A stretch of DNA of 64,000 nucleotides from Cetorhinus maximus (taxonomy: Eukaryota): the NCBI RefSeq assembly GCF_964194155.1, contig NC_135916.1, positions 1,054,001 to 1,118,000 of the forward strand, written 5' to 3'. Below the pieces are notes generated by a model. The model had not been told where the DNA came from and ran no database searches. It was given only the letters and a program-made list of their open reading frames with translations. Positions 12,252-24,988 of the stretch are shown in pieces (position 1 is the first letter of the stretch; every line of letters begins with the position of its first letter). The translations under genes and the position numbers were made by a program.

Positions 12252-12908
12252 ATGACCGATACTGCAGCCGCCGAAACGGCTCCTCCAGCCGCTCCCGCCG
12301 CCCAGGTCAAGACTCCCAAGAAGAAGAAGAAGGCGGCTCCCCGGAGCAGTGCAGCCGGTCCCAAGCTGGGCGAGCAGATCCTCAAGGTTGTGGCGGATTG
12401 CAGCGATCGCAAGGGGATGTCGCTGCCCGCGATCAAGAAGGCGCTGCGCGGCAATGGGGTGGATGTGGAGAAACTCGGCTCCCAGATCAAGCAAAGCATC
12501 AAGAGGAATGTGAAGAATGGCTTCCTGGTTCAGGTCAAGGGCACGGGCGCCTCGGGCTCCTTCAAAGTCCCTAAGAACCCAACCCCGGGGAAAGTGGGAA
12601 AGAAGGCGAAGGCAGCAGCTGGCAAGAAATCTCCAGTGAAGAAAGCGGCAGCCAAGAAGGTGACAGCAAAGAAAGCAACGGCCAAGAAGACTCCAGTCAA
12701 GAAAGCAACGGCCAAGAAATCTCCAGTCAAGAAAGCAGCGGCCAAGAAATCCCCAGCGAAGAAAGCAGCGGCCAAGAAAACAGCCAAGAAGGCGGCAACT
12801 CCCAAAAAGCCGGTGAAGAAAGCAGCCCCCAAGAAAAAGTCTCCGGCCAAGAAGGTGACGGGCGTCAAAAAAGTGGCGATAGGGAGGGCCAAGCCCAAAA
12901 CGAGATAA
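12252..12908 (+). CDS. H1: Linker histone H1 (218 aa)
   Basis: Globular domain ending KGTGASGSFKV, K/A/P-rich tail with S/TPxK repeats, intronless, H1 box upstream, stem-loop downstream. Confidence 0.97.
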   Translation: MTDTAAAETAPPAAPAAQVKTPKKKKKAAPRSSAAGPKLGEQILKVVADCSDRKGMSLPAIKKALRGNGVDVEKLGSQIKQSIKRNVKNGFLVQVKGTGASGSFKVPKNPTPGKVGKKAKAAAGKKSPVKKAAAKKVTAKKATAKKTPVKKATAKKSPVKKAAAKKSPAKKAAAKKTAKKAATPKKPVKKAAPKKKSPAKKVTGVKKVAIGRAKPKTR

Positions 12909-12965
12909 GCAAAGACAGGAAAGAAGGGAAAGATCCCGAGCAAATTGTAAACCTCTGAACCCAAA

Positions 12966-13006
12966 GGCTCTTTTCAGAGCCACCCACATTTCACATGAAA
13001 GAGCTG
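12966..13006 (+). terminator. Histone 3' stem-loop and HDE (H1)
   Basis: GGCTCT-TTTC-AGAGCC then AAAGAGCTG. Confidence 0.95.
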
Positions 13007-13644
13007 ATCCCCTGATCATTTGATCCCTGTCTCCGCGCCGTGAGCTGATTTCAGGTGGAAATGTTTTATTTTCCTGTAAATCCAGTATTCCCGCTGAATC
13101 ACTGAAATGCACTTCAGCCGCACTTCCACTCCCTCCCCCAACTCCGACTCTCATTCCTGCAATAACACACATCGATATCCTTTCCGATTAGTATCCAAGG
13201 TGTGTCCGAGAGCACTTAATGTTTATCTTCCTTTATTCACATTTTCAGGGTGGGAGTCTACAATAGAGAAACCAGGTGTAAAGGAAACTCCTCACAGCTG
13301 ACACCAAAACCCATTATTTTCTCTCATTCGGTTGGGAGAGATGTTGGCAAAATTCCCAATCATAGGAGGGGAGTTGTGGGTGGGGATGGAATTGGAGCTG
13401 GGGTTGAAATCGAAGCAGAATTTGACTCGTATGGAAAGTTTATTATTGAGGCGGAAATGATCCGGACAAGACGATGTTTAATAGATTCGAGTTAGTAATT
13501 AGCTGCTTCATGATATTCAAGTGTGTAAGTTCTGTTCAAAGCGTCTGTTCAATTCCCTTTAGAATTGGACAAAATACAATTCTGTTTCTGGCAGGCAGGA
13601 GGAGGAGCTGGTTTACCAAAGACGTTGTTCTGTCTGTCACTCAG

Positions 13645-13715
13645 TCTCTCCCGCCCCGCCTCTCTCACACACACTCTCTCCGTTCCTCAGTTAGGTCGGG
13701 GCGGGCTGTATAAAA
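13645..13715 (+). promoter_or_regulatory. H4 promoter (GC box, site II-like TCAnnnnGGTC, TATA)
   Basis: ccgccccgcc, tcagttaggtcgg, TATAAAA; same arrangement before 32848 and 35962. Confidence 0.75.
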
Positions 13716-13762
13716 GCGGAACGTGAAGCAGCTCCCAACTCTTTCAGCAGCGATTTGACTGA

Positions 13763-14083
<321 letters not shown>

Positions 14084-14116
14084 ACAAATCGACCCGACTC
14101 TCTAACAAAACCCAAA

Positions 14117-14132
14117 GGCTCTTCTAAGAGCC
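14117..14132 (+). terminator. Histone 3' stem-loop (H4)
   Basis: GGCTCT-TCTA-AGAGCC, purine-rich GAGAGCAG downstream. Confidence 0.93.
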
Positions 14133-14744
14133 GCCCACAACCTCACATTGAGAGCAGTGACTTCTGAAGGGGGAGAGGGGAAAATAAATCTTTGTATGTT
14201 TTTATTAAGAGGCACTGCTTTGCCACCAATGCATCCTCTTCTCACAATACCATCGTGAGTCCCCAAAATGCCTTGGTTTAATTTAAATCAGTTTTCACGA
14301 ATTACCGTTCTTTCTACCCGAGGACCACGGCTGTACCCAATGTAACGTCGAATTTCATCAGGAGAAACTATTCTTAAACCTTTTATTCCCCCTTCGTCGC
14401 TCAAATATTATTCATTTATTTTTCCCCATCGGTTTCTGTTCCTGGGTCTTTGACGCATGACAGGACCTGGGCGGTACCAGCTTTATATGGATCAGCCTGT
14501 ATCGATTCAGCATGTCTGAACAGAGCTTTATCCTGGCCTGTCGCTGAACAATCAGATAAAGAATCCGAACTCAAGACGGGTTATAAGGCAGACATTGACT
14601 GGCTCTTGCTGCCGATTATATTCAGATCAGATTTTACAGCAGCCATGAATCAGACCAATATCGATTTACAGACTTGAAAAATAAAACTACCCTAAATCAC
14701 CTCTATTCTGCAACACGGGCCGAACAGAAGGTTTGAACAGATAG

Positions 14745-14808
14745 CTGTTTGATGGCCGCCCAGGACACGATGGACTGTTTCTATGTTGTACAACTTTATT
14801 TCTCTATC
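14745..14808 (+). mobile_element. Short LINE/SINE 3' tail remnant; copy at ~33815-33878
   Basis: gatggccgcccaggacacgatgg...ctgtttctatgttgtacaact. Confidence 0.45.
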
Positions 14809-15619
14809 AGAAGGGAAAACTCTGCTTTTGGCGCTCGGTTTGGACTATACTAAACATGCATTTCGGAATAATTGTGGAAGAGAGTTTGAATGAAAGTGGG
14901 GTATTGGGTAAATCCATTAAATTGAGGTCCACCGGGCAAGGGCACATGGTTGTGATGTACAGTCAAAGGCAAAATGTTATTCAAACGCAACACATAATGA
15001 AGCCGGAATGAGAGAGGGATGCAGTTTCCGCCAGTTCATTTTACCTAACACGATAATTAGAACATAATCGTTAATCAATGTAAATTTCGACAGATACACG
15101 GTTTAAATAAACGGTCGGCAAGCCCTCCTCCCCCATAAAGACCCCACCGCGCACCCTTTCACCAGCAGAAACAGGAATCACACCATTTTCTCTTTAACAT
15201 CTATAGCGCGTTGACATTAAAATACCGAGTCGGTTGATGAGGTTTCGATGTGAGTGCCAAAATTTCCCCCATCAATAGGAGTTTAATTCCGCCCTGTTGT
15301 AAACCGATCAGGGAAAGAATGAGAATTTAATCCACGTTCCAAAGCAGGAAGTCGGAGCCTGGTTAATTTAAACCGTTATTGTTCTTGAGGTTTACATGTG
15401 TCCGAAAAATTTTCGCCCATCAATAGGAGGCATTTCCAGCCCGTTATCAACCGAGCAGGGAATGAATGAGAATTTAATCCGAGTTCCAAAGACAGGAAGT
15501 TGTATCCGGGTGAAAAATGGGGCGCACAGACATCGAGGTTTACGATTTTTTTTATATTTTGAGATTGAATTTATCTGCCTTCAAACTCGGTTTAATTAAT
15601 TTCCTTTTTACTTGTTCCT

Positions 15620-16240
<621 letters not shown>

Positions 16241-16283
16241 ACTGAACCCTACCCGACTCTAGACTTACACCGAAAACCACAAA

Positions 16284-16299
16284 GGCTCTTTTAAGAGCC
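16284..16299 (+). terminator. Histone 3' stem-loop (H3)
   Basis: GGCTCT-TTTA-AGAGCC, AAAGAGCTG downstream. Confidence 0.95.
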
Positions 16300-18928
16300 A
16301 CCAAGTCGGTCAGAGAAAGAGCTGCGATCTATTGTTAAAAGATGTCACCTCTTCTGCATATAATTTCCATTTTTTTTCACCCTATACCTTTCCTTTGCTA
16401 CCTTTGTTGGGCTTTGGAGAGACGGTTATTTTATTATTCCAGGAACGTTTTCCCAAGTAGTGACAATTGAGGAAAACACACATCCCATTGGCTTCTGCAC
16501 ATTATCAGTCAGATCTCTGTTTGAGTGACCAATGTGGAGGATCCACGCATTCACTCATTTTATACCTTCGGGAGGAATGGCGGTGCGGTCAATGCTTATT
16601 GGTCCATTTTATTACAGCTGCTAATGTTCTTCCTATTACCAATCAGATCCCTGCATGATTCACCAACGTGGAGACGTCACGTGGTTGACGTCCGAAAGTA
16701 ATGGCGCCAAATCGTCAGTTACCGACCCATTATATATTTCAAATTTGCAAGACCGCCAAAAAAATACGGCACAAAAATCGTAATAGCTAATTCCCTTTTT
16801 AAATTATAACAATGCGCGATTCACCCAACTCTCTCCATCTTTTGGACATCCTGCAGTTTACCTGTATCTGTTAGTTTCTGACTTTTGAGTGCGGAGTTTC
16901 ATGTATCTGACATGAAGCAGAAATTAAAGCGCCAATTTTGCAGGAACCGAGCCTTTGTTTTATTGAACATTGAAAAGCCCGCCTAAACGTGTGTAAAACG
17001 AATAATTAATTTGATACAGAATATTGCGTTAACATATAACACAGTCATTTCCATAGTTTAAAAGATTGGTCTCCCTTATTGCACTATATCATATTTGATC
17101 ACAAGCCCCAAATTGGCTATTAAAATCCGGAATCCATTCGGGTTTAATCTCGGACCGTTTTTCCAGTCCTCTTAGTCTATGTTCAACATATTCTGGCATG
17201 TGAATATGGGCTTTTGTTAGGACTCTCTGCACCTTGTATATCATTGTCCATTCTTTGAATATGATGCTCACTTTTCAACTTTTTAATGTAGCATGTGAAC
17301 ATGGATTTTAATCAGGACTTATCAGTTGTTGACTGTGTATAAGTGTCATATTCCTTCTGTATGTATCAGCCTCTGGTGCTGTGTATGAATCTTGCTAACC
17401 TTTGTTATGTGCCTGTTGTGGTTCTGGAAATGGCTGCAGAATTAATACTCTAAATGTAAATTTTGGACACTGTGGGCATTGAATTCGTTTTTTTTTCACC
17501 ATATCTGTTAAGAATTGATGAATTGTGTGTTTTATTATGTGTTTTCACTTAGTTGAATACTGTGATAGAGTTGAATTAATCCTGTACCCACCAGTGTGTT
17601 GTATTGTATGTGGAGGAATACATTTTGCCCTCTGTGTAGGACTCTGTACTGCTATGCATGGAAGAGTGCATTCATTCTATCTGCAATATTTTCTGGTACT
17701 ATCCGTGAGAGGGATTCCATCTGAATCTGTCAATATCTGGAACTAAATGTGAGAATGAAGTTGATACGGATCCAGCCAAGCTGTTTGAGAGCAATATTTT
17801 TTTGTGTGTCAGTCAATCTGGGCAATTTTATGTCATTCTGGGTTTTTGGCTCTGCGTCCTTAAGACTTTTCTAAAAAGATTTGTGTATGTCTGTGGCTCC
17901 TGCTCTCCATTTAATTCCCTGCTACTCTGTATGTGGTTGAATAAAGCATTGCTTCCCAATATATTGTTAGTTTCTTGCTCTATATTTATTAGTCACTTAA
18001 ATTGATGGAGTGTGTATTCACTCATTTAGCTGACAGTGAGTGTGATTCATTCAAATTATCCCTGCATCTGCTATTGCATGGGAATGTGCCACTCTCTGCA
18101 TGTCTTTCAGTGCCTAGTACAATGCATGATTTTGGGATTAAATTGTACATGACAGCGTCCGGTAAGGTATGTGTTTGTGGAGTTATTTCTATAATGTTAT
18201 GGCCTCTATGATTCTATATGAATGAGATTATTTTGGTATACTTCAGTTTCAGGTAGGCTAAGTGAATGTGGGGTTCATTATTTATCTTTCAGCCTTGGTG
18301 CTTTCCAAGAGTAAGTGCTAAGGGTTAACAAGAAGTGTTCAGAGAACTTACATTATGATTCATAGTGAGAATATTGATATGGCACGTGTTGTGTATTAAG
18401 GTCTGTATTCATTAAAATTATATTTTACCTTTATTTCAGATATTGTATGAGATCTTTGGTGTGGAATTTAATATGTTGTTCTGTGGGGCATCTGGGTACA
18501 TTCTTAGCTTCACATATACAGCTGATTGAAATGCACAGATTTAATGCTAAGACTCCACTCTTGTGAAAGGAATGGATTGTCTTGCAATCTGAAAATGTTT
18601 TTGGATAAGATTGATGGGCCTACCATTCTGTGACACTCAATGAGTGTGAATTGGGGATAATATTCTGTCTCCCCTGTCGTGTTTGAATGTTGTATTGAAC
18701 ATGTCTGCCCATTTTTGGTTTAACCTATAACATGGGTTCTACCAATGTTATAGCCATAGGTTATATTCTGTAGTTGCATCGGAGTTCAAGAATGGTACTC
18801 AATTTGTAGCTCTGTGAAAACAATTGTGAATAGCTACATCCCCTTCAATCAACTATATAGCCTCACATGTAATTGATGCAGTTTGTAGTCAAGGAATTAC
18901 CATTGTACCTTTATTCATGCAGAGCTTT

Positions 18929-19410
18929 TCATAGAATCACAGAATCACACAGTGCAGAAGAGGTCCTTCAGCCCATCGAGTCTGCAACAACACGTGAGAA
19001 ACACCTGACCTACCTACCTAATCCCATTTACCAGCACTTGGCCCATAGCCTTGAATGTGATGATGTGCCAAGTGCTCATCCAAGTACATTTTAAAGGATG
19101 TGAGGCAACCCGCCTCCACCACCCTCCCAGGCAGTGCATTCCAAACCGTCACCACCCTCTGGGTAAAAATTTGTTCCTCACATCCTTCATAAACCTCTTG
19201 CCCCTCACCTTGAACTTACGCCCCCTCGTGACTGACTCTTCAGCCAAGGGGAACAGCTGCTCCCTATCCACCCTGTCCATGCCCCTCATAATCTTGTACA
19301 CCTCGATCAGGTCGCCCCTCAGTCTTCTCTGCTCCAACGAAAACAACCCAAGCCTATCCAACCTCTCTTCATAACGTCAATGTTTCATCCCAGGCAACAT
19401 CCTGGTGAAT
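18929..19410 (-). mobile_element. CR1 LINE 3' fragment
   Basis: ORF LGLFSLEQRRLRGDLIEVYKIM; tandem tail at left end. Confidence 0.9.
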
Positions 19411-20899
19411 ATTTTGTTAGACTGCTATGAAATATATAGCCCTGTCTAAATTCTGAGGCACTGATTTGCATTTTATTAAGTACCTTACAGTGAGCTATCT
19501 TATTTTCTGTTCTGGCTAAGAGCAGTTAAATAATATCTGATGAGAATGAAAGAGTGAATATGATATTTGTTGTGTATTCTGTTAATCCTTTGATATTCTG
19601 CTGGATTAGATGCTAGATGGATATATAAAGCAAGTTAATGAAGACTCACCGGATCTGTTTGTCTCTTGGATTGAACAGTTGTCTCTTCCCTTTGAAACAG
19701 TGTGGGAATGAATGATTATTTATTTGTGACAGTGGACATAATGACCTGGCAGCATCTCTGTTCTCTGTGAGCGATGCTGCACCTACCTTGTGTTGGAACA
19801 AGCTCACTTTTCATCTTGCTTATGTTATAACTTTTATAGTTATCACTATTATGTATCCACCTTAGTTACTAGCCTCATCTGTCAATGCATAGCATTGTTT
19901 GTGAGCTGAGATTTGTTCACTTCTTTTTAAATTGATCCTTTCAACCATTTTATGTTTACTATTGTTTCCACTCCATATTAATTTATTAATTTGCAGGCCT
20001 GTACTATTATTTGAGTAATGTTTCCATTTTTAAAAATGAGGCTGAATTTCACTTTCATAACACATGGGTGATAAGATTATTTTGTCATCTTATTTGAATT
20101 AGGATCCCCTTCTTTTCTGCAATTAATTCTATGAATTGCATGTAAAGTCATTGGGATACATTTAGGTATTTTAACCTGTATCAAATATATTTTTTTCTCT
20201 GGAATGGAAGTGTGATGTTGGCCTGTAACTCTCAGGCTGTATTTGCAATTACACTGCACGTTAATTTTGTTGTGAGTGAATGACTTTTTAAAAAATCCAT
20301 CCATGTCTTTTTTTTTTAGCATAAGATGTGTTTCATTCTCTATTTTCCAGTTTTCTTTTAGATAATGAGTGTAAGTTCTGTATAATTGTGTGCATTTTCA
20401 GGTATGTGAGTATGATTAGTTTTTCTCCTCCAGTTGTATTTATTAATTTCTCAGAGGCTAAAATGTGACTTTGCCATGGTACCTGTCAGTTACTGGTAAG
20501 TGAGTGCTGGTGTTACACTGTCCCTGTGAATATCTGGTGTATGAGCATTACTTTGTAGCACTTCATTACTTGCAAGTGACTTTTTTTTCTCCCTCTATCT
20601 GTCAGTTTGTGGCATGTGAGTTTGAATGTGTGTGTTGGGCTTACTTGGCATTTGACTGTTTTGTTACGTGTCTGCTAAGTTAATGTGAATATACACTTTT
20701 TTTTTCAGTTTTTAAAATGTAAACATGTGTTTGAGTCTTATTCCCGGTCTCTGACATGAAAATGAGGAAATACCATAAATGTTTCAGATTTTTTTTCTGT
20801 ATGTGTCACATATATTCTTTAATCATTCGTCTCTTGTAAAGAAATTCTAAGATTTACTCAGATTCTCTCAGTAAAGTTATGTCATTGTGTGATTGTAGA

Positions 20900-21160
20900 A
20901 CTGTGTGTGAGCCTGTCTGTGTGTGTGTGCCTGTCTGTGTGTGTGCGCCTGTCTGTGTGTGTGCGCCTGTCTGTGTGTGTGCGCCTGTCTGTGTGTGTGC
21001 GGGGGTGTGTGTGTGTGTGTGTGTGTGTGCGCCTGTCCTTGTGTGTGGGTGTGTGTGCCTCCCTGTGTGTGTGCGCCTGTCTGTCTCTTTGCGTGCCTGT
21101 CTGTGTATGCGCTTGTCTGTGTGTGTGCGCCTGTCCTTGTGTGTGGGTGTGTGTGCCTGT
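20900..21160. repeat. TG-rich micro/minisatellite (18-bp unit gtgtgtgtgcgcctgtct)
   Basis: Directly visible tandem units. Confidence 0.95.
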
Positions 21161-23489
21161 TTATGCTCCTTTTGTCTCTCTTATGTGTGAATGGACTTTT
21201 CTCTCTATCTGTCATTTTTCAATATGTACTTGTGCACATTGACTGGCACTCACAAGTATCTGGCATGGTGTTAAAGGCTAATTTTGTACATATCCAGTTT
21301 TAGCCTTTCTCTTAGGATAGCCTTGGCTTTAAGTTGTAATATTCGGCTTCTGGTATGGAAGTGCACATTTTACCTGTACCTGACCCTTTTAGATATGAGA
21401 TTCTGGTACTGAAATTGTCTGCTCGTTTCTAGCCTCTGATGTGAGCATGGCTTTTACTTTTGTTAAAGTTAGCATTTTTAATGAGACTCTGCATTTACTG
21501 TGAATTTCAGTATCTGATCTACGATTGTGGATTTTAATCAGTCCTGATTTGTTTCTGTTTGGGATTGATATCTCTGTTATAGGAGTGATATATTCCATTC
21601 TGTTATTGTCTCTTTCTAATGAGGTGAACGATCCTTTTTGATCAGAATCTGTTTAATTTGGTGCCTGAATATGGGATTTGCTTTGCAATTGTCAGATTTT
21701 GACATGAAGGAATGTTTATAATCTGTAGCAAAAGCAAAAACAAAATATCTACAGGTGGATTCTTGAAATCTCAAGAAAAAGGAAACACAATTGCTGGGAA
21801 TACTGAGCAGGCCAGACAACATCTGTGGAGACAAGAGCTGAATTACCCTCCACCTGAAAATTCTGATATCAGAAAAGGCCATTGAACTGTGATGTTCACT
21901 CTCATCCTGTCTCCACAGGTGTTGGCTTCCTTGCTGAGTATTTCCTGCATTGTTGGTGTTTCTTCCTCCCCCTGTACGTGTTAATTTCCAACAAGTGAAT
22001 ATGGCATCACTGATCACCTGCCAATGTCTGACAAATATGTTTCACTTCTATTCTGACAGGGTTTCAACGTAGAATTTGGTGTGCGTGTGTGCACATGTGC
22101 ATGTTTCTAGAAAGGAAGAAATTTATTTTTTCTGCACTTTACATAGAATGCTATGCGAATGTCAGTTCAGCCTGTATCTGTCACTTTTTAACATGTTACT
22201 ACGAGTCTTATTCTTTACCTGTCTATGAATGGGGATTTTAAAATGCACCTAGTTATTTGCTGCTGTGTGACTTTTTTCTTTTATAGATGTTTGGAATTAA
22301 TTATGGGTTTTTAAAAAAAATATATACGTAATTCAAAAATTATCTGAAAGAACATTTCTAAATCGCCATCACAAAAAGTGCAATCAGATTCAACTTTTAC
22401 ACATGGATCAAGAGTTGCTTCTATACAATCAATGAATATTACAATCAATTCAATATGGTCATTACAGGCAGTCAGACAGCGCAATGATATTGGAGTTATC
22501 AACATACATCATGTTGCACTTTTGAGGTGTTTCAATACTATTACTATTCAGTGCAGATATTTTTTTGTGAGCCGTACAGCTTTACTCTGGGTATTTAACT
22601 CTCGGTAATGCACTTGTGGCTATTACTCTGCACCTGCCAGTGCCTGACATGTGAGGATGCATTTTGCATTCACTGTTGCTGACATGTAAAGCAAATTTTA
22701 CTACTTAACTCTCAGTTACTGGTATATAGATGTGCAGATTTTATTCTGTATCTGTAATTCTGTGATATGTCAGTTTGATTCATTTTCCTGTTGTTTGGCT
22801 CAGGGTCAGAAATATGAGCATGGAAAAAAAATATGTTGAAACACTTAGGCTATTTTAAATGAATGAGAATTTAATTATTTGCTTTCAATCCCCAGAATGA
22901 GAATGTGCCCTATGCTTATCATATTCTTGTATGTGAGTATTGTCTTTCCTCCAGGTCTGTATGCACCTTGTAGGTCATGGTCGGTTTTGCTGTGAACATG
23001 TCAGCCTGTATTACTTGATTGTGATGTTCACATTGCAGCTTTCAATTTAGTGTGTGAGCATGGACCATTCGCTCCCTCCCCCCAACCCCTCAACCCAAAC
23101 CTACAGATTTTGATGCATGTTCATGTGTGATTTTACCGTAGCTATCAACGTCTGCTTTCTGGGTATCCATTTTCTTCCTATTTTTAAAATTCTGTTATGG
23201 GAAACTTGATTTTATTCTACACCTCTCTATCGCTGGTATGTGTCTGTGGTTTTACAATGTAAGCATCTGCCCCTGTCATGGGAATTCAGGTTTCTTCTGT
23301 ATCTGTCAGTCTCTCCTATGACAGTGCTGTAATGTTATTTGCCGTACTTGTCAATATCTGCTTTGTCAGTTAAGGTTTAACCTATCTTGTTTGTAGAGAT
23401 CTGTTGATATAACTATTAGTGAGTATATTGACCTGGCACGTGATGTGTATGTGTGTCTGTCTTAATGAATATGTACTTTATCATTATCA

Positions 23490-24115
23490 GGGGGAGGCGA
23501 TGGTGTTGTGATGTTGTCATTGTTGTCACTATTAATCCAAAGACCTAGGGTAATACTCTGGGGACCCGGGTTCGAATCCTGCCGAGGTTTGGCGGATTGT
23601 GAATTCAATAAAAATCTGGAATTAAAAGAATAATGGTGACCATTGTCGATTGTTGTAAGAACCCACCTGGTTGACCAATGCCGGAAACCTGTTGTCCTTA
23701 CTTAGTCTGGTCTACATGTGGTGTTGTGTTAGACCCACTTGGCCACTCACTTGTAATAAACTGCTAAAAAGTCACAAAAATGGAATGGAATCAGATGGAC
23801 CACCCGACACTGACTGAGGCACCGCAAACAAAAATGACTAAATTCAGCCCTGTCGACCCTGAAGGTAGATGGGAACACCTCCAGCTAGAATTTCCACTCC
23901 AAGTCACTGCACGATCCTGACTTGGAAATATATCCTGTTCCTTCACTGTCGCTGGGGAAAAATTTTGGAACTGCCTCCCTAACAGCAGTGTGGGTGTACC
24001 TACACCACGTGGACAGCAGGAGTTCAAGAAAGCAGCTCACCACCACCTTCTCAAGGGCAACTAAATGGTGGCACAGCCAGAAAAGCAAACATCCCGTGAA
24101 TGAATTTAAAAAAAG
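23490..24115 (+). mobile_element. tRNA-derived SINE joined to a LINE-type 3' end
   Basis: B box GGTTCGAATCC ~23569; ends tgaatgaatttaaaaaa; interrupts sequence that is contiguous at 18430-18450. Confidence 0.7.
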
Positions 24116-24988
24116 ATATTATATGGGATCTTTGGTGTTGAATTTATGGTGTTGCTTTATGAATGCTGGGTGCACTCAAGGATTAATTCTGTAAATTTCA
24201 ATCAGCTTTAATACCTGGTATTTAAATTACAGGCGATGTTCTACTCTTGTGACATGAAAGGGCTGCCCTTCAATCTGATAATGGCTGTGATTGTTGACTG
24301 CAATTGGTGGACCTGCAATTCAGCAGTACTGAGTAGGAGTGTACTGTAGTAAAATTATTCCACCTCCCCTGAGTGTCTGACCATTGGATGGAGCATTTGT
24401 ACCTGGGTTTGAGATCAATTTGAGCCTGACTATTTCTGTTCTCGGTGATGGTGGAGCTGATGTTCTGTCTGTATCTCTGCACTCTCGGAGTAACATCGTG
24501 CCTGCTGTCAGTTAGAAAGAGGTGGCTAGACGTTTATTTTTCCTGGGATATCATCAGCTTGAAACTGATCCCTTCATTGATTTGCCTGGAGGAAGAAACA
24601 TAAGTCTTGTAACACAAAATCAGCAGAGGACATTGAAAGACAATAGGTCAACATAATCTTTCAACTGACAATAAATAAAAAAATATATATCTAGATGCAA
24701 AACATAACGATACAATAAATACTACAGTGTCTGATTCCACGTCAGCAACCTGCTTTGGTAGTTTTCAAGCAATTGAGTGACACTCAGAAACAATCCACAT
24801 CTGTATGGCTCCAAGGGTGACACTCCCCGAGGATACAAAGACAGTTCAGATATCAATATCCAGCTCTCAGCCGGTGCTAAAATGTTTATATCTTAATAGC
24901 TGGTGCCTCCAAAGCGTGACCCCTACATGGTTACTCTCCTCCTTACTCTCTGCCTGTTACCACTGTTCACTGTCCAAATGCCGACAAG

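Larger units (their letters stand above)
1..13690 (+). repeat. Segmental/tandem duplication copy 1
   Basis: Near-identical to 40987-55301; offset 40986 rising to 41606. Confidence 0.97.
16850..24480 (+). repeat. TG-rich spacer, decayed ~41-bp tandem array; homologs at ~30-5500, ~41010-46500, ~58500-62580
   Basis: Recurrent TTTTATTCTGTATCTGTCAGTTTCTGRYATGTGAGTGTGA-like units at 40-41 bp spacing. Confidence 0.55.

Noticed and set aside
12213-13172. Long antisense ORFs over H1 (also 30970-31860) and over H3/H4/H2A
   Set aside because: Shadow frames of GC-rich, biased histone codons; the equivalent frame is broken in the third H1 copy.
20877-21303. Cys/Val- and His/Thr-rich ORFs
   Set aside because: Translations of a TG microsatellite.
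23490-23590. Possible tRNA gene (GGTTCGAATCC)
   Set aside because: No cloverleaf; continues into a SINE body.
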